This document shows positions 14,190-27,899 of a stretch of DNA of 64,000 nt, piece after piece; the first letter of the stretch is position 1, and every line of letters starts with the position of its first letter. The position numbers and the translations under genes were made by a program. Location: contig OX597814.1 in the NCBI GenBank assembly GCA_951406725.2, forward strand, positions 7,688,001 to 7,752,000. Direction: 5' to 3'. The notes beneath the pieces are model-generated. The model worked only from the letters and a program-made list of their open reading frames with translations, was not told the DNA's origin and did no database searches. The DNA is from Octopus vulgaris. Lineage: Eukaryota.

Positions 14190-14241
14190 CTGATGATGCA
14201 TCTAAACCCCTCCTGTTTCCTTGGAAATATTCTTTAAATTC
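14190..14241 (-). CDS. Micro-exon D, identical to D'
   Basis: Same 52-nt sequence and AG/GT sites as 49531-49582. No further exon was recognised in 1-14189, so the gene presumably continues left of the window. Confidence 0.7.
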
Positions 14242-14925
14242 CTGTTAGAAGTAATCAAATAATTTATCATCACTCAATGAAAAACATAATTTCATAATTA
14301 ATTTCTGTTAATTTCAATGCAATGCTTTTATTCATTGCTTCTACCGTGAATGTTGTTTTAAATTTACATTTCTATTCATTGTATTATAAAATAAACTCCT
14401 ACAATGGACAGGGTTTTGAATATTCTGTAGTTTGGTGAGGAATTGTTACTTAAAGAATAAGAAAATATTATTCATGGAATTGGAATTGCTTTCGAGACTC
14501 CATGTTATGCCCAAACATCAGCTTAATTCCTCATTGTTTTCAAAACTGATTAAAACCAAAAGAAGAACATTTCTGTAGAAACAGACTGGCTTTGAGTAAA
14601 TTCCAGTGAATTACTGGTATGTCAACAGTGCTTTACTTCAATGCTATATATACTGTCCTACAGAGTATATCTGCAGATGTGTACCCAACACTGGAGAAAG
14701 AAGTAAGGAACTGGTCCAGCCAAACAATCTTTTTCTGTCCCCAACACACATTGTATACAGAAAGTGTATATATGACGCTCAGTTTATATACACCCGTCTT
14801 GCTTACACCCATCTATGCATAGGCAATATATTTTATAGAGACATGATATTTACATTAGTCTCTCTCTGTGTCTGTTTCTCTCTCTCTCTCTCTCTCCCTC
14901 TTTTTCTCTCTCTCTCTCTCATATA

Positions 14926-15795
14926 TACAGGGTGTTTCAAAAAATTTTATATCATTTTGCAATCTAATAACTTTGCCAGTTCTTGTTCATATGACTTCAC
15001 ATTTTAACAGCATGTTTAACGTTTGATGTGTTTAACATTTCAGATATAGAAATGGCATTCACTGGAAGAGAAAAGGTGTTTTGTGTGTTGGAGTATTCTC
15101 GAACACAGTCGAACAAAACTGTGCAGCATGCATGGGTGAGAGAATTCTCTAAAAAGTCACCAACGGCAATGTGTATTTCGACATGGCACAAACATTGCAA
15201 AGAGGAAGGCTGTCTGTGCAGGGCAAAAGCATCTGGATGACCACTAACATTGGAAGAGATGGTCAAGCGGGATCACCAGAAACTCTTGCAAAGCCCCAAG
15301 AAGTCCATAAGAAGAATAAGTCTGGAAACCCAGATTCCTCCAACGACAGTTTGGCGCGTCTTGAGGAAACGCTTGCTAATGAAACCCTACAAGCTGCAGC
15401 TCATTCAGACCATAACAGCAGATGAAAAGCGAAAGCACAAATATGGGGCTATGTGAAGGGCCAGGTCTATGTCCCCCTCTCTTCCTGCAAACCTAGAGGA
15501 ACTTTAACAGAGAATCACTACCGTACTGCAGACTGTTATCCCAAAAATGCTGCAGCATGACTGCCAGGAGCTGGACTACCGACTTGACATGTGCCAAGTC
15601 TCAGACGTTGCGCATTTTGAACATTTGTGAAATTGTTCATGGAATCCACATTCCTTTGAATTTCTCATTCAAATATGGAGGAATAAATCTTATATTGCTC
15701 AAACGTTATGCCTGTTTGGTTTCATTTGCTTTGACTACGCAGTTTCTGCAATATTTACATCTCAAATGATATCAAATCTTTTGAAAGACCCAGTA
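14926..15795 (+). mobile_element. Internally deleted Tc1/mariner-superfamily DNA transposon
   Basis: TIRs tacagggtgtttcaaaa / ttttgaaagacccagta with TA ends. Transposase N-terminal HTH remnants (EKVFCVLEYSRTQS...SPKKSIRRIS..TVWRVLRK). Confidence 0.8.
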
Positions 15796-15844
15796 TATGC
15801 AGGGAACATGGGTGTTAAACAATAATGCTGACGATGATGATAAT

Positions 15845-15879
<35 letters not shown>

Positions 15880-15885
<6 letters not shown>

Positions 15886-16343
15886 CATCGTTGTCATCAT
15901 TAAAAATCCATTTTCCATGCTGGCATGGGTTGAGTGGTTTGACTAGAGACTGGTCAGGTAGAAGACTACACCACGTTACTGTGTCTTATTTGGCAGGCTT
16001 TTTATGGTTGGATGCCTTTCCTAACATCAACGACTCCACAGAGTAGACTCAGTGCATTTTCCATGGCACCAACACATGCAAGGTCAGTTTTGGTAGGGAT
16101 TTTAGAGCTGGAGTCCCTTCCAAATGCCAACCACTTCACAGTGTGAATTAGAGGCTTTTTAAGTGGCACCGTCACTGGCAGAGTTACCGAGTAACTTGTA
16201 AGACAAGGAACGTGTGAGAGGGGATACAGCATTGGAGGTGATTTTGTAGCAGATGAAGGAAGGGTAGAAAGTGAGAGAGAGAGAGAGAGAGAGAGACAGA
16301 AACAAGTGTGTTGGTGTAAAAGAGATGCATGGTTACTTAGTCA

Positions 16344-16392
<49 letters not shown>

Positions 16393-19250
16393 AGTGATCA
16401 AAATTAAGGTCAGCAACGCATGTGTTGCTGTAGAGGAGATACGGGGTCAAGCAGTCTGCAGGATAGAGCAGGAGGAAGATAATGAATGCAAGGGAGCAGG
16501 AGAGAGAGGCCAGCGCATGCTCACAAGGAAAAGGGATCAGAATATAAAGGGGATAGTAGAGAAAGGGAGAGATAAGTGATAGCAAAGTAGCAAGGTTTAC
16601 CCTCAAAACATGGGGTCAGAATATACATGGTAGGGTATTGCCAAGGTGTGCGAGTAGGGAGTACAGATTTCACATGAATGCAAGGAGTGTCGGGGTGGGG
16701 GAGTACTGTGACTGGTGAAACCTGGGTATACAGAGGGGGTGAGGGTGAACAGGATAGCAAAGACACAGTGAGGACAGGATTGGGTAGTAAGAGATAAGCG
16801 TAGCGCATGAGAAAGAGGAAATTTAGAGGCAGAGAAGAGATGTAGTTTGGTCTGTTGGGGTAGAGTGAGGAAAAAGGTTTCTTGGTCTCACAGTGCTTCT
16901 GGAACTCAGTTTTGTTGAAGTGGGCGGGTCTTCCTAGAACCTCATATTGCCAGACATACCAGTCCATTGTCAACTCTTGCATGAGGTCTAACATCCTGAG
17001 ATTGGTCATCACCACTTCATCCCATGTCTTCCTGGATCTCCCTCTTCCACAGGTACCCTCCACTTTCAGTGACCAGCACTTCTTTATACAGCTGTCCTCA
17101 TTCATACGCATCATGTGTCCAAACCAGCACAGTCTTCTTTTTTGCATGCTACATCTGGTTCTTCTTATTCCCAACTTTTCTCTCAGCACATTTGCACTTT
17201 GTTGTATGTGCACACTGATGCTGCGCATCCAACAGGACATACTGCCTTCATTCCTCTCTAGTCTACACATGTGTTCTGCATGCAGAGCCCGTGTCTCACT
17301 ACCATGGAGTATAGCCACTTGTACAGAAGCATCATACAATTTACTTTTCACTGGGAGACAGAATCCTTTTGTTGGCAACAGAGGTAATAGTTCTCTGAAC
17401 TTCCTCCATCCTATTCTTATTCTAGAAACAATACTTTAAGAGCATCCTTCATCATTGCTAATTTGGTCACCTAGGTAACAGAAACTATCTATAACCTCAA
17501 GAGAGCCTCCTGGGCATTTGAGAGAATCTAAGTCCTGTGTGCTCTTAGTGTTTATTGTTCCTGCATATCTGCCACACACAAAGATGACTTTATCTGTTAA
17601 TCTATCTGTGGTTCCAATGCACCTCTTATGTGTCCATAGTTTACATTGGGTGCAACAATTGGAATTTCTTCCAACACTTTTCCTACATATTGAGTCGCAC
17701 CATTTACCTGACGGAAGGAAAATTTATCTTCTTTCTCACTAAGAACCACTTTTGACTTAGCTAGGCCCTTTGATTCCAAGTTGTTTGGTTTCCATACATG
17801 GAATTTCTTCTCCAATTCTGCTAAAGATTCTGCAATAAGAGCAAGGTCATCAGTATATAGCAGTTCTCAATCCTGTGATGATAAATCATGTACCACTCTG
17901 ACCTTCCAAAATGGACAACCAAACACCCATTATTTATCTGAGGAAAAAAAAGAAGACAGGCGATGACTGGCAGAAACGTTAGCACACTGGGTGAAATGCT
18001 TAGCGGTATTTTGTCTGCCGTTACATTCTGAGTTCAAATTCTGCCGAGGTCAACTTTGCTTTTCATCCTTTCAGGGTTGATAAATTAAGTACCAGTTATG
18101 CACTTGGGTTGATGTAATCAACTTAATCCCTTTGTCTGTCCTTGATTGTCCCTTCTACGTTAGCCCTTTGTGGGCAATAAAGAAATATAGCAGTTCCCAC
18201 TGGCACCCAGTCTTGAATTCCTCTGTGATGGCCTGAAGGACTATAATGAATAAGAGTGGGCTGAGAACTGAGCCCTGGTGAACCCCTTCCTGAACGCAAA
18301 ATTCATCTCTGTATTATTCATAGCTGACTCTCACCTTCCTGACTGTACATGGTTTGGACAGCTCTAACAAGCCACTCCTCTGCTCCCAACTTCCTTACAG
18401 ACTACCATGTAACAGACCAAGGAACTTTGTTGAAAGCTTTCTCCAGGCCGATGGCTTACTTTTGGCCAACTACTTTCCTTGCAGCTGTCTCACTAGGAAG
18501 ATGGCTTCTGTGGTACTCTTCCCAGCTACAAAACCAAACTGCATCTCATCTAGTTTAATTCTATTTCTAATCACCTGAAATATAACCCTCTCAGTACCTT
18601 TCATGACTTGGTCTAGCAGTTTAATATCTCTGTAGTTTTTTCTATCTAAGGCATCACCTATAACCCTTATAGCAGCTACCTATAACGCTACTACACCAGT
18701 CGTTGGAGATGGTGTGCCCCCCACCTGAATAACCTGATTAACTATACAGGTGACTAAGCTGTATCATATGCCACCACAGATTTTAATCATCTCGACAGTG
18801 ATTCCCGATGGACCACCCAGGGGCTTTCCCTGTCTTCCTCTCCTTAATTGCCTTATCCATTATGCTGCTATCAACTGTGATGGCTGGTCCCTCAACTGGC
18901 TCAATATTTGGTAAACCCCTATTCACCCATTCATTTCCCACATTTACTAACCCTTTCATACTGACCCTTCCATGCGTCTTCTTCTCAGAGTCGCTGAGTG
19001 CAAGCATACCATTATCCATTCGCACACATTTCTCACCCACCACATCTCTTTGCAACTCTGAACACCTCACGCCTCTCAACCTCACCTTCTATAACATTTG
19101 ATGATCTCTTACCTTCTGCTACATTTTTCGCAATGTAAACCTGACGCCCAGCTGCTCTTTTGGCTACCTGATGTAATTCTCTGCTTCCACCCCTTTCCCG
19201 GGCCGGTCATTTGTTTTTATCGTACTGTCCAGTCCCTTGCTCCACCACCA
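15880..19250 (-). mobile_element. Degenerate RTE-clade LINE with (GAT)n tail (copy at ~51222-54560)
   Basis: LHGSET, RRLCWFGHM.RM.ED, GRGR.RKTW, Y.DDL and KTGKAPG remnants. Confidence 0.82.
17959..18184 (+). mobile_element. tRNA-derived SINE nested in the RTE (copy at 53274-53499)
   Basis: A-box-like tggcagaaacgtt, B-box gagttcaaattc, core gcttttcatcctttcagggttgataaattaagtacc, and an A-rich tail. Confidence 0.8.
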
Positions 19251-19334
19251 TGTCAACTGTGATACAGCTGAGACTTTGCACTGGCCATGCATGCACACAC
19301 ACACATAGAATACTACTACTACTACTACTACTAC

Positions 19335-19378
<44 letters not shown>

Positions 19379-19613
19379 TTCAGAAGAAGAAGAAGAAGAA
19401 GAAGAAGAATTGGAAGAAGAAGAATTGGAAGAAGAAGAAGAAGAAGAAGAAGAAGAAGAAGAAGAAGAAGAAGAATCCTTGGATGGGATTTATAATTATT
19501 TTAATGCACTGGAATATGCGTTTCTGCAAATCATGTGTTTCTTAAGATCATAATTGCTATTCCTGGAATGATTCCAATGCAGCCATACTACAATGCTTCA
19601 AACAAACTACAAC

Positions 19614-19699
<86 letters not shown>

Positions 19700-19799
19700 G
19701 GAGAGGGAGAGAGACATAGACATGCATGAGTAGACAAACAAAATGTGTTGAGCATATATATAAATATATATTCATGTTTGATGGCCATCCACTTGTGAC

Positions 19800-21760
19800 C
19801 GAGAAAGACCATTACTGACCTTCAAAAACATTGTGCACTCAAGGATTAACTTATATTTTGCATTTGCAGCCCCAGTGGTGGCTAATGAGCCCTACTCTTG
19901 ACAATCATACACAACTGCAAACATTACAGATCAAGTTTCCCTATGCACTACACCAGCAGTGTACTTTCGAACAGCTTCTTAAGTTCTTCTAGCAGAATGT
20001 GTGCCCCCTCAAAAGTGTCGACCCCCACCTCCTTAACCTGCTTCTTCCATCTGTAGTGCGACAGGCATTGTTTTCCCAGTCAGTCTCTTGTATATCACAG
20101 GACTTGACACAGTCCTTAAATCACAGCCTTGGTTTCTGCCAGGGCCTCTTTCCATTCACAAGTTCTCCATATAGCATCTGCTTAGGGATCCTGCTAAACT
20201 TCACCTTAATAAAGTATCCAGTCCATCGTAACAGGTGCTTGTGTAACATTGCCTCAATACTCAAGATATCAGCTGTCCTCAGGACCAGTGTGTCTGGAGT
20301 TTTTAAGGTCCAGACAACATTCAGAAAGTGTCTGAGAGACTGCTGCAGTAGTGATTTTACACTGTTATAGTGGGCAAGTGCTAGATTTCGCTGCACAGCT
20401 GAAAGTCCTATGTGCAGCAATGCATTGAGGGCATGGTGCTTTACAACCAATAGTTGCTGAACCTTAGCATCATTTTCATGAAACCAGTGTCTGTGTCTGG
20501 CAGTTGCATGTCCCAGTGTTTCAGCAGCACATTGAAGAATATGGTCTCAAAAAGCTTCCCATGCTGCAGTATTTTCGATGCTGGACAAGCGAGTCTGAAG
20601 CTCTTTCCTGAACACAGCATCATATATATTGTGGACATTCAGATGCCAAGGAATGCTGAATGGCCCTCTTCTCTCTTTCACTCGAATCATCATCCGGGAC
20701 TTTGCTTGCACCAGACTGAGGTCTGTCCAGCATACCGATCCCTTAAAGGACTTGACATTACAAATGTCATAGATGTCAGGCTTGTGGATGATGACATAAT
20801 CCAGCAAGTGCCAAAACTTAGACCTTGGATGCATCCACATTTTTGTGTCATCACTTTTGTGCTTGCGATGTCCATGTTCATTGCAGAGATCCAGCAACAC
20901 GAGACCATTGCTATTCATTTTCCCTACTACAAAATGTCCTAGAGAGTTCCATCCCTAGCATTGAAATCTCCCAATAGAATGACTTTATCAGAATTGGGGA
21001 TTTTCCTAAGTATGGCTCCCAGCTGTGTATAAAGAAGTAGCTTCGTCTTCACCATAACTAGTCAAGGTAAGTGCTTAGGTACTTATTAGAGTAGCAAACC
21101 ACCCACCTTTCAGGTGCAATCTTAGAGTCATTCGACATTCATTTATAGGAACAGGAAGCTCCTCCAACTTCTTCAGGATATCAGATCGAACTGCCAAGCC
21201 AACACCAGCCTCTCTGTGCTTCCCCATCTACTTCCCCTTCCCCAAAAGGTGTTTCCACTTCCTAATTCCTCAAGCTGACCATCACCTTCTATATGAGTCT
21301 CTGAAAGTGCAGCTATATCAATGGTATAACAGTTCAGCTCATGAAAAACAAGTGCAGAGCATCTTTTTAGGCCTGCAATCACTCTTGTTATCCAACAGAG
21401 TGCGCACATTCCAACATGAAATGTTCAAGTTCCATCCAGATTTTGTAAATAAGAGTTTCTTTGTTTTTCGAGTGCAGGGTGGACATCCATCAATCGTGCT
21501 AAACTGACCAGATATAGAAAGACAGACAATTTTTGGTTCACCTTTTCTAGAACCTCCCTGGCCTCCGGGTCAGTGGTGCCCTCTCCAAATGGAGCTGCAC
21601 AGACACCCATGCAGCAAACAAATCCTACTGCTATCTTGGGCAAACAAGGAGATGACTTTATATCTAGCATGGTCTGCCTATGTGCAGGTCGCTGACTACA
21701 TGCTCCCAAACTGTAAGGTCTGCATGCTTCACCACTTTCTCATTGCTGCAGGACTTCCGA
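19800..21760 (-). mobile_element. Degenerate, deleted RTE/BovB-like LINE (copy at ~55197-57160)
   Basis: IDIAALSET, WMHPRSK.WHLLDYVI, LRW.G...PKQMLYGEL..GKR. Confidence 0.78.
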
Positions 21761-21917
21761 GAAAGAAATTAAATACAAACATACTAAAAATATATAAATA
21801 TATATACTAAAATGAAAGATACATATATACTAGAAATGTGATTATGTGTATATATATATATATGTAATTTAGAGAAAAACTTCTATTAAACTATTATTAT
21901 TATTATATATGTATGTA

Positions 21918-22280
21918 TCATCATCATCGTTTAACGTCCGTTCTCCATTCTAGCATGGGTTGGACGGTTCGACCGGGGATCTGGGAAGCCAGAAGGCTGC
22001 ACCAGGCTCCAGTCTTATCTGGCAATGTTTCTACAGCTGGATGCCCTTCCTAACGCCAACCACTCCATGAGTGTAGTGGGTGCTTTTTACGTGCCACCTG
22101 CACAGGTGCCAGGCGAGGCTGGCAGCGGCCACGGTCGGATTCGTTTATTTTATGTGCCACCGGCACGGAAGCCAGTCGAGGCGGTGCTGGCATCGGCCAC
22201 GAGTCGGATAGTGCTTTTTACATACCACCAGACCAGGGATCCTGGCTGGTTCAATTCGATTTCGAATTCGATTTCGATTT
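21918..22280 (-). mobile_element. RTE 3'-UTR/SINE tail fragment
   Basis: (CAT)n-cgtttaacgtccg...ctacagctggatgcccttcctaacgccaaccactcc, shared with 25097-25340, 25405-26030, 30720-31070 and 35928-36120. Confidence 0.75.
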
Positions 22281-22289
22281 AATATATAT

Positions 22290-24810
22290 ATATATATTTT
22301 TTCTACTTTCACCTCAGAGCTGTGGCCATGCAGATGCACTGCCATTTTGCGCTACACTGTTATTACTAAGAGCCTCCTCTAATATGTGGCACTTGGTGAA
22401 GAATGGAGTTTGATATAGCTACCCTCATTTGCAACTCTTGCCGTGAGGTGGGTTCAACTGGGACTCTCGACAAGAAGAGGTCCAGCTTTGATTTAAAAAC
22501 CCCTACATCTACTTTGTGCAAGTACGTCAGACTCTTTGAGAGAATATTAAAAAGCTGTGGGCCCTTGAAACCCAGGCTGTTGCAGTAACTGGTCCTAAAG
22601 TGTGATGGCATTGCTGGGATCTTTGGCACTATGCAGTGTCGTCCTGTTCTGGCATTGGTGTAGCTTTCAATGCCAAAATTTGGCACAATTCCTTCCAGGA
22701 TCTTCCAGACATATATTACTGCATACCCCTCCCGTCTTCTCTCCAGGGAGTAGAGTCTTAGCTGTTTCAACCTTTCCCAGTAGCTGAGCTGTTGCAAAGA
22801 GACGATCTTCTTTGTGAATCTTCTCTGGATAGCTTCAAGGTCTGCTGTTAATTTCACACGACTGGATGACCATAACTGTGAGCAGTAATCCAGGCGACTG
22901 AGGACGAATGTCCGCCAGAGGACCATCATGGTTTCCTTATCTCTGGTTCTGAATGTTCTTAGGACCCACCCAGCCAGTTGTCTGCACTTTGTCGCCATCC
23001 TGGTAATGTGCACTTAGAAAGAGGTATCATCACTCATGTCGATACCCAGGTCCCTCACTGACTTAGACTCTGGGATTAAAATCCCCTGTGGACCGGTGTA
23101 TCCTGTAAGTTTAATATTCAGTTTTGGATGCTGGTAGCGCAGGGCCTGGAATTTTTCAGCATTAAACTGCATATTATTATCCTCAGCCCATCTGTAGATT
23201 GAGTCCAACTCCTGCTGCAGGTGTCCAACATCGCTGAGGTTCTGTATTCTCATAGCTTGCCAGAGTGGCTATCCGGGTATTTGAGGGCATATCTGAGAGG
23301 GCTACTATAAAAAGCAGTGGTCCCAAGACAGTGCCCTGTGGAACACCACTCACTATTGGTGTGTTCATAGAGGTGGCTCCATTAACCACTACTGCCTGAC
23401 TCCTATCTTTCAGGAATTCATGTAACCACACTCCAAGTTTTTCAGCTATGCCGAGGTCACGTAGTTTGTGGCATATCATAACATGATCCAACTTGTCAAA
23501 AGCTTTTGCAAAATCAATGTATATTACATCCACATTTGATTTGTTGAGTAAATGCCTCAACACCCAGTCATAATGTTATAAGAGTTGGGTCAGGCAGCTC
23601 CTACCTGGTCGAAAACAATACTGGGTATCACTTAGCAAGTTATTTTCCTCAAGGAATGTGATTAGTTTCCCTCTGACTATCCATTCCATGACTTTGCTGA
23701 TGTGTGAAGTCAGAGAGATAGGCCTATAGTTTTTGGCATCTGCTCTACTTCCCCCTTTATGTATTGGGCATATTATTCCCTCCTTCAGCTTGCTTGGCAG
23801 TTTGCCATTTGTAAGAATGCTGTGGAAGAGTGTCTTGAGGGGTTTTGCCTGGGCATGTTTACACGATTTGAGGAGAATTGCTGGGAAACCATCAAGACCA
23901 GCAGTTGAGTTTGTGTCCACTTCATCTATGGCTAGTAGGACATCTTCTTCGCTAATGTCAATACATTCTATTGTAACCACCTCGCTGGTTATAGGTGAGG
24001 CGGCAAAGAAGTCCACTGGTTCGTTCACTTGTCTGTGTTCCAACTGGGTGGTAAAGACACTTTTGAACTGGTCATTCAGTATCTCACTGATCTTAGTTGG
24101 ACAGTCTGTGAGGGAGCCATCCTTTTGGAGGAGGGGTCCTATCTTGTAGTGTACTGAGACTGTTTCTTTCACGTGATGAAGGAAGTCTTTGGGTTTGATA
24201 TAATGTTTTTTATAACCCAGGCTTCTTCGTTTACTTTCTCCCTCACATATGATTGTTACAGCCTTTTTTTGATCTCCATCAGTGTTGTTTTTAGGCGGGA
24301 CGTTTCGCTACTTTTTGGATGTTGGTTGAGTCGATTTGCACCCTTCGTCCGTCGTCTCATGAGGATCTTCCTGCCTCTTGGAATCTTGCTCCTATTTGTT
24401 TTGGTCTTGTGCTCTGGGACATATTTGTGGCATACGGCTTGCACAGAAGACATGAAACATTCTAGTTTCATGTCAATGTCTGGTGTGCAGAGACATTTTG
24501 GCCAGTGCTCTCTGAGGATCTCTTTTTGGATCGATTTCCAATCTGCTTTGTGGAAGTTCAGATTGGAGAGATTTCGGGTGCTTCTTTTAGGCTGTATGTC
24601 TCTGGTTACTTTCGGCCCAAACATAGACAGCTCTATTATGTTGTGATCCGAAACTGATGTCGGTGTCACTTTTACATCATGAATGATGTCCATATTGTTC
24701 GTGAAGCAGAGATCCAGAATGTTATTCGCCCTAGTTGGCTTGAGTACAACTTGCTCCATGAATAAGGAATTTTGTGAGGTTGAGCAGGGACTGTACCTGA
24801 ACTCGCTTAA
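22290..24810 (-). mobile_element. CR1-group LINE, 5'-truncated, with a few disablements
   Basis: PTR.NNILDL, NYRPISLTS, IYIDFAKAFDK, SGVPQGTVLGPLLF, RDLGI, LEAIQRRFTK. Confidence 0.88.
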
Positions 24811-24840
24811 CCTCTAAACTATTATTATTATATATGTATA

Positions 24841-24888
<48 letters not shown>

Positions 24889-24983
24889 CAAATATACATA
24901 TACAAATATACATATACAAATATATATATATATATATAATTTAGAGAAAAACCCTATTAAACTTTTATTATTATTTATGTATG

Positions 24984-25023
<40 letters not shown>

Positions 25024-25096
25024 CATATATATATACACATATATATAATTTAGAGAAAAACCTCTATTAAACTATAATTATTATATATGTATGTAT

Positions 25097-26030
25097 CATC
25101 ATCATCATCATCATTGTTTAACGTCCGTTTTCCATGCTAGCATGGGTTGGACGGTTCAACCAGGGTCTGGGAAGCCAGGAGGCTGCACCAGCCTCCAGTC
25201 TGATCTGGCAGAGTTTCTACAGCTGGATGCCCTTCCTAATGCCAACCACTTCGTGAGTATAGTGGGTGCTTTTTATGTACCACTGGCACAGGTATCACAA
25301 CTACAATTTCCTTTTGATTTTTTGATGTTGATGTACTTGACTCAATAGGTTTCCGCAACCACAGGGTCTCCTCGAGCACAGTGTGTGTGTATATATATAT
25401 ATATATCATCATCATCGTCATCATTATTTAATGTCCGCTTTCCATGCTGGCATAGATTGGACGATTTGACTGAGGACTGACTGGCGAACCAGATGGCTGC
25501 ACCAGGCTCCAATCTGATCTGGCAGAGCTTCCACAGTCAGATGCTCTTCCTAATGCCAACCACTCCGAGAGTGTAGTGGGTGCTTTTACGCGCCACCTGC
25601 AAGAGGACCAGTCTGGCGGTACTGGCTACAGACATGCTTGAAATGGTGTTTCTTTACATTCCACCTGCACAGGAGTCAGTCCAGCGGCACTGTCAATGAG
25701 CTCACTCAAATGTTTTGTTCACATGCCACCGGCACAAGTGGCAGTAAAAAAACACTGGTAAGTATCACGCTCAAATGGTGCTTTTTACGTGCCCACTGGC
25801 ACGGAAGCCTGACAGCTGCTCTGGCAGTGATCCTTCTCTGATTGAGTTGTCAGAACTCCACTGGCATGGGTGCCAGTCATCGAATTTGGTTCAATTTCGA
25901 TTTCACTTGCCCCAACAGGCCTTCGCAAGCAGAGTTTAGTGTCCAATGAAGGGAAGTTGGCACGGGAGCCAGTCGTCGGATTTGGTTCGATTTCAAATTC
26001 AATTTCGATTTTACTTGCCTCAACAGGTCT
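25097..26030 (-). mobile_element. Two RTE 3'-UTR/SINE tail fragments
   Basis: Same tail sequence as 21918-22280, each ending in (CAT)n on the plus strand. Confidence 0.72.
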
Positions 26031-26231
26031 TATATACATATGTGTATATATAAATATTTCAATACATGTGTATATTTAGGGCTGAAACCACTAGGTGGAT
26101 AACTATATGCTAGAAGAACATCACATACGATCTAACTAGAAAGAAAGAATGTTCTCGAGAGAAAATTCAGCGAACACAAGGACATAAGCAGGCAAGACAG
26201 ATGAAAATTATATAAAAATCAAGAATTAATT

Positions 26232-26299
26232 GTATACCGGTTTTGTCTGTTACCGAATAAATTACTTATGTAATCCTTCGTCCACAGACTCGTCAGTAC
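26232..26299 (-). ncRNA. Type I hammerhead ribozyme motif (Penelope type) with a G12A core mutation
   Basis: gta-CTGACGA-gtctgt...acagac-AAAA-ccgg-TA-tac. Stems I and II pair and stem III is palindromic, but GAAA reads AAAA. Confidence 0.65.
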
Positions 26300-26589
26300 G
26301 ATCGTTCCAAATTCAATATAACTTGAAAAACTAAACTCTAGTTTTCTATATAAAATTAGACACGTGCTTAGTTCTACCAATTACATTGGGGTTATTTTCT
26401 GATTTTTATATAATTTTCATCTGTCTATTAAACTATTATTATTATATATGTATGTATGTATGCATGTATGTATGTATGTATGTATATACATACATATATA
26501 TATATATATATAATAACAATATTAGGGAGTAAATCCAAACTTACAGGGAAAAATTAGATTTAGGATTAAATCCAATTTTATAGTATAAA

Positions 26590-26984
26590 CTAGCAGTATC
26601 GCCCGGCGTTGCTCGGGTTGTAAGGGAAATAACTATATAAGCATTTTTAGAGAGTTATAGCCAAAAAATAGCAAAAAAATGCATTAAAAATTGAAAAAAA
26701 ATTAAGGTAAATTTTTTTTTAAATCGTTGACACATCGTAGATATTTTTAGAGAGTTACTTCCCTTATATAAAAGCGAAAAAAATGCATTAAAATGGAAAA
26801 ATATGATGGTAAATTTTTTTTAATCGTAGACTCATCGTAGACGCGCGCTAATACCCAGAAGGGCTCGATATGAATCACGACTATAAGATACCCGCTTTTG
26901 GTTAAACTGCACCGCAAAATGTGGGAGTAGTTAGGAATCTAAATCGTAGGAGACAGACACACAACTTCACTCTTATATAAAGAT
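26590..26984 (-). mobile_element. Non-autonomous Helitron
   Basis: Minus strand 5' TCTTTATATAAGAG..., 3' hairpin cccgagcaacgccgggc and CTAG. Same family as 63650-64000. Confidence 0.75.
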
Positions 26985-27899
26985 GCTTTTTTTTCAGTCA
27001 TAGAGTTAGATTTATGAAGGTCTTCAGTAGAAAATCCTTCGAATTCTGACTGGCTGCTTGATATAATGAAATTCGTATCCATTTTTTGTCAGAATTACAA
27101 ATTTTGAAAACACAATAGGAACAAATTTCGGAAAAAAATCTCCCATAATTCACGGAATTAAAATTACACTTCGATTTTTGTACAAAACTGTAGTTGAAGT
27201 GTTTACGAAGTATAATACGTGTTTTCACGAATGTACTAAAGAGATTTGCTCTGATATTCTCATTTAAATATGAATAGGTAAATTCGGGCGGTTTGGTAAC
27301 GAAAGGGTTAAACGGATGCATACATTTATTAATCTCTTATTATAATAACTATATATAAGTGTCGTCTGTTTATACATAAACACTGTTTCATACTGCAATT
27401 ATATATACATATATCTATATATAATATTATATAATAAAATATATACAGAGTAAAATAAAAACCAATTTACCTTTTCTGTATTGTTATAGCAATTCCACCG
27501 TCCGTGTGTCTTTGCAAATGTGTTGGAATGATAAGTGAGTTGTGTTTTGGCGCCTTTTTTACTAATAACAAACACACACGTGTTTGTATGTAGTTGTTTG
27601 AAACGTTTGTGTTTGCCACTCTCATATATGTATGTGTATGCGTGTGTGTGAGGAATGACACACACACACACATGTACATCAATGCTTTCGGAGTGATATG
27701 TTAAAATATTGAGTTTTCTCGAATTTTGTCTTAATTGGTGGTAAAATTGAAAGAAATTTTTTATGGCATCACCCACTGAAGTACTCTGAAAAATCATGGA
27801 TACACTCTAATTGAAGAAATTGTGTGAGGAGTAAATCGTTATGTATTTATTTGTTTCTGTTTGCTGTTTTTTTTTTTTAGTAGTGGTTTAAGGTACACT

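Larger units (their letters stand above)
8218..21914 (+). repeat. Segmental (intragenic) duplication, copy 1
   Basis: Colinear near-identity with 43451-57304, visible as matched ORF translations at an offset of ~35.2-35.4 kb. Differences are scattered SNPs, microsatellite lengths and a few indels. Confidence 0.97.

Noticed and set aside
14606-15007. 133-aa plus-strand ORF near exon D
   Set aside because: No recognisable domain. It runs through a (CT)n tract into a transposon TIR and changes frame in the duplicate copy.
17959-18050. Possible tRNA gene
   Set aside because: A/B boxes are present but no cloverleaf; it continues into a SINE core and tail.
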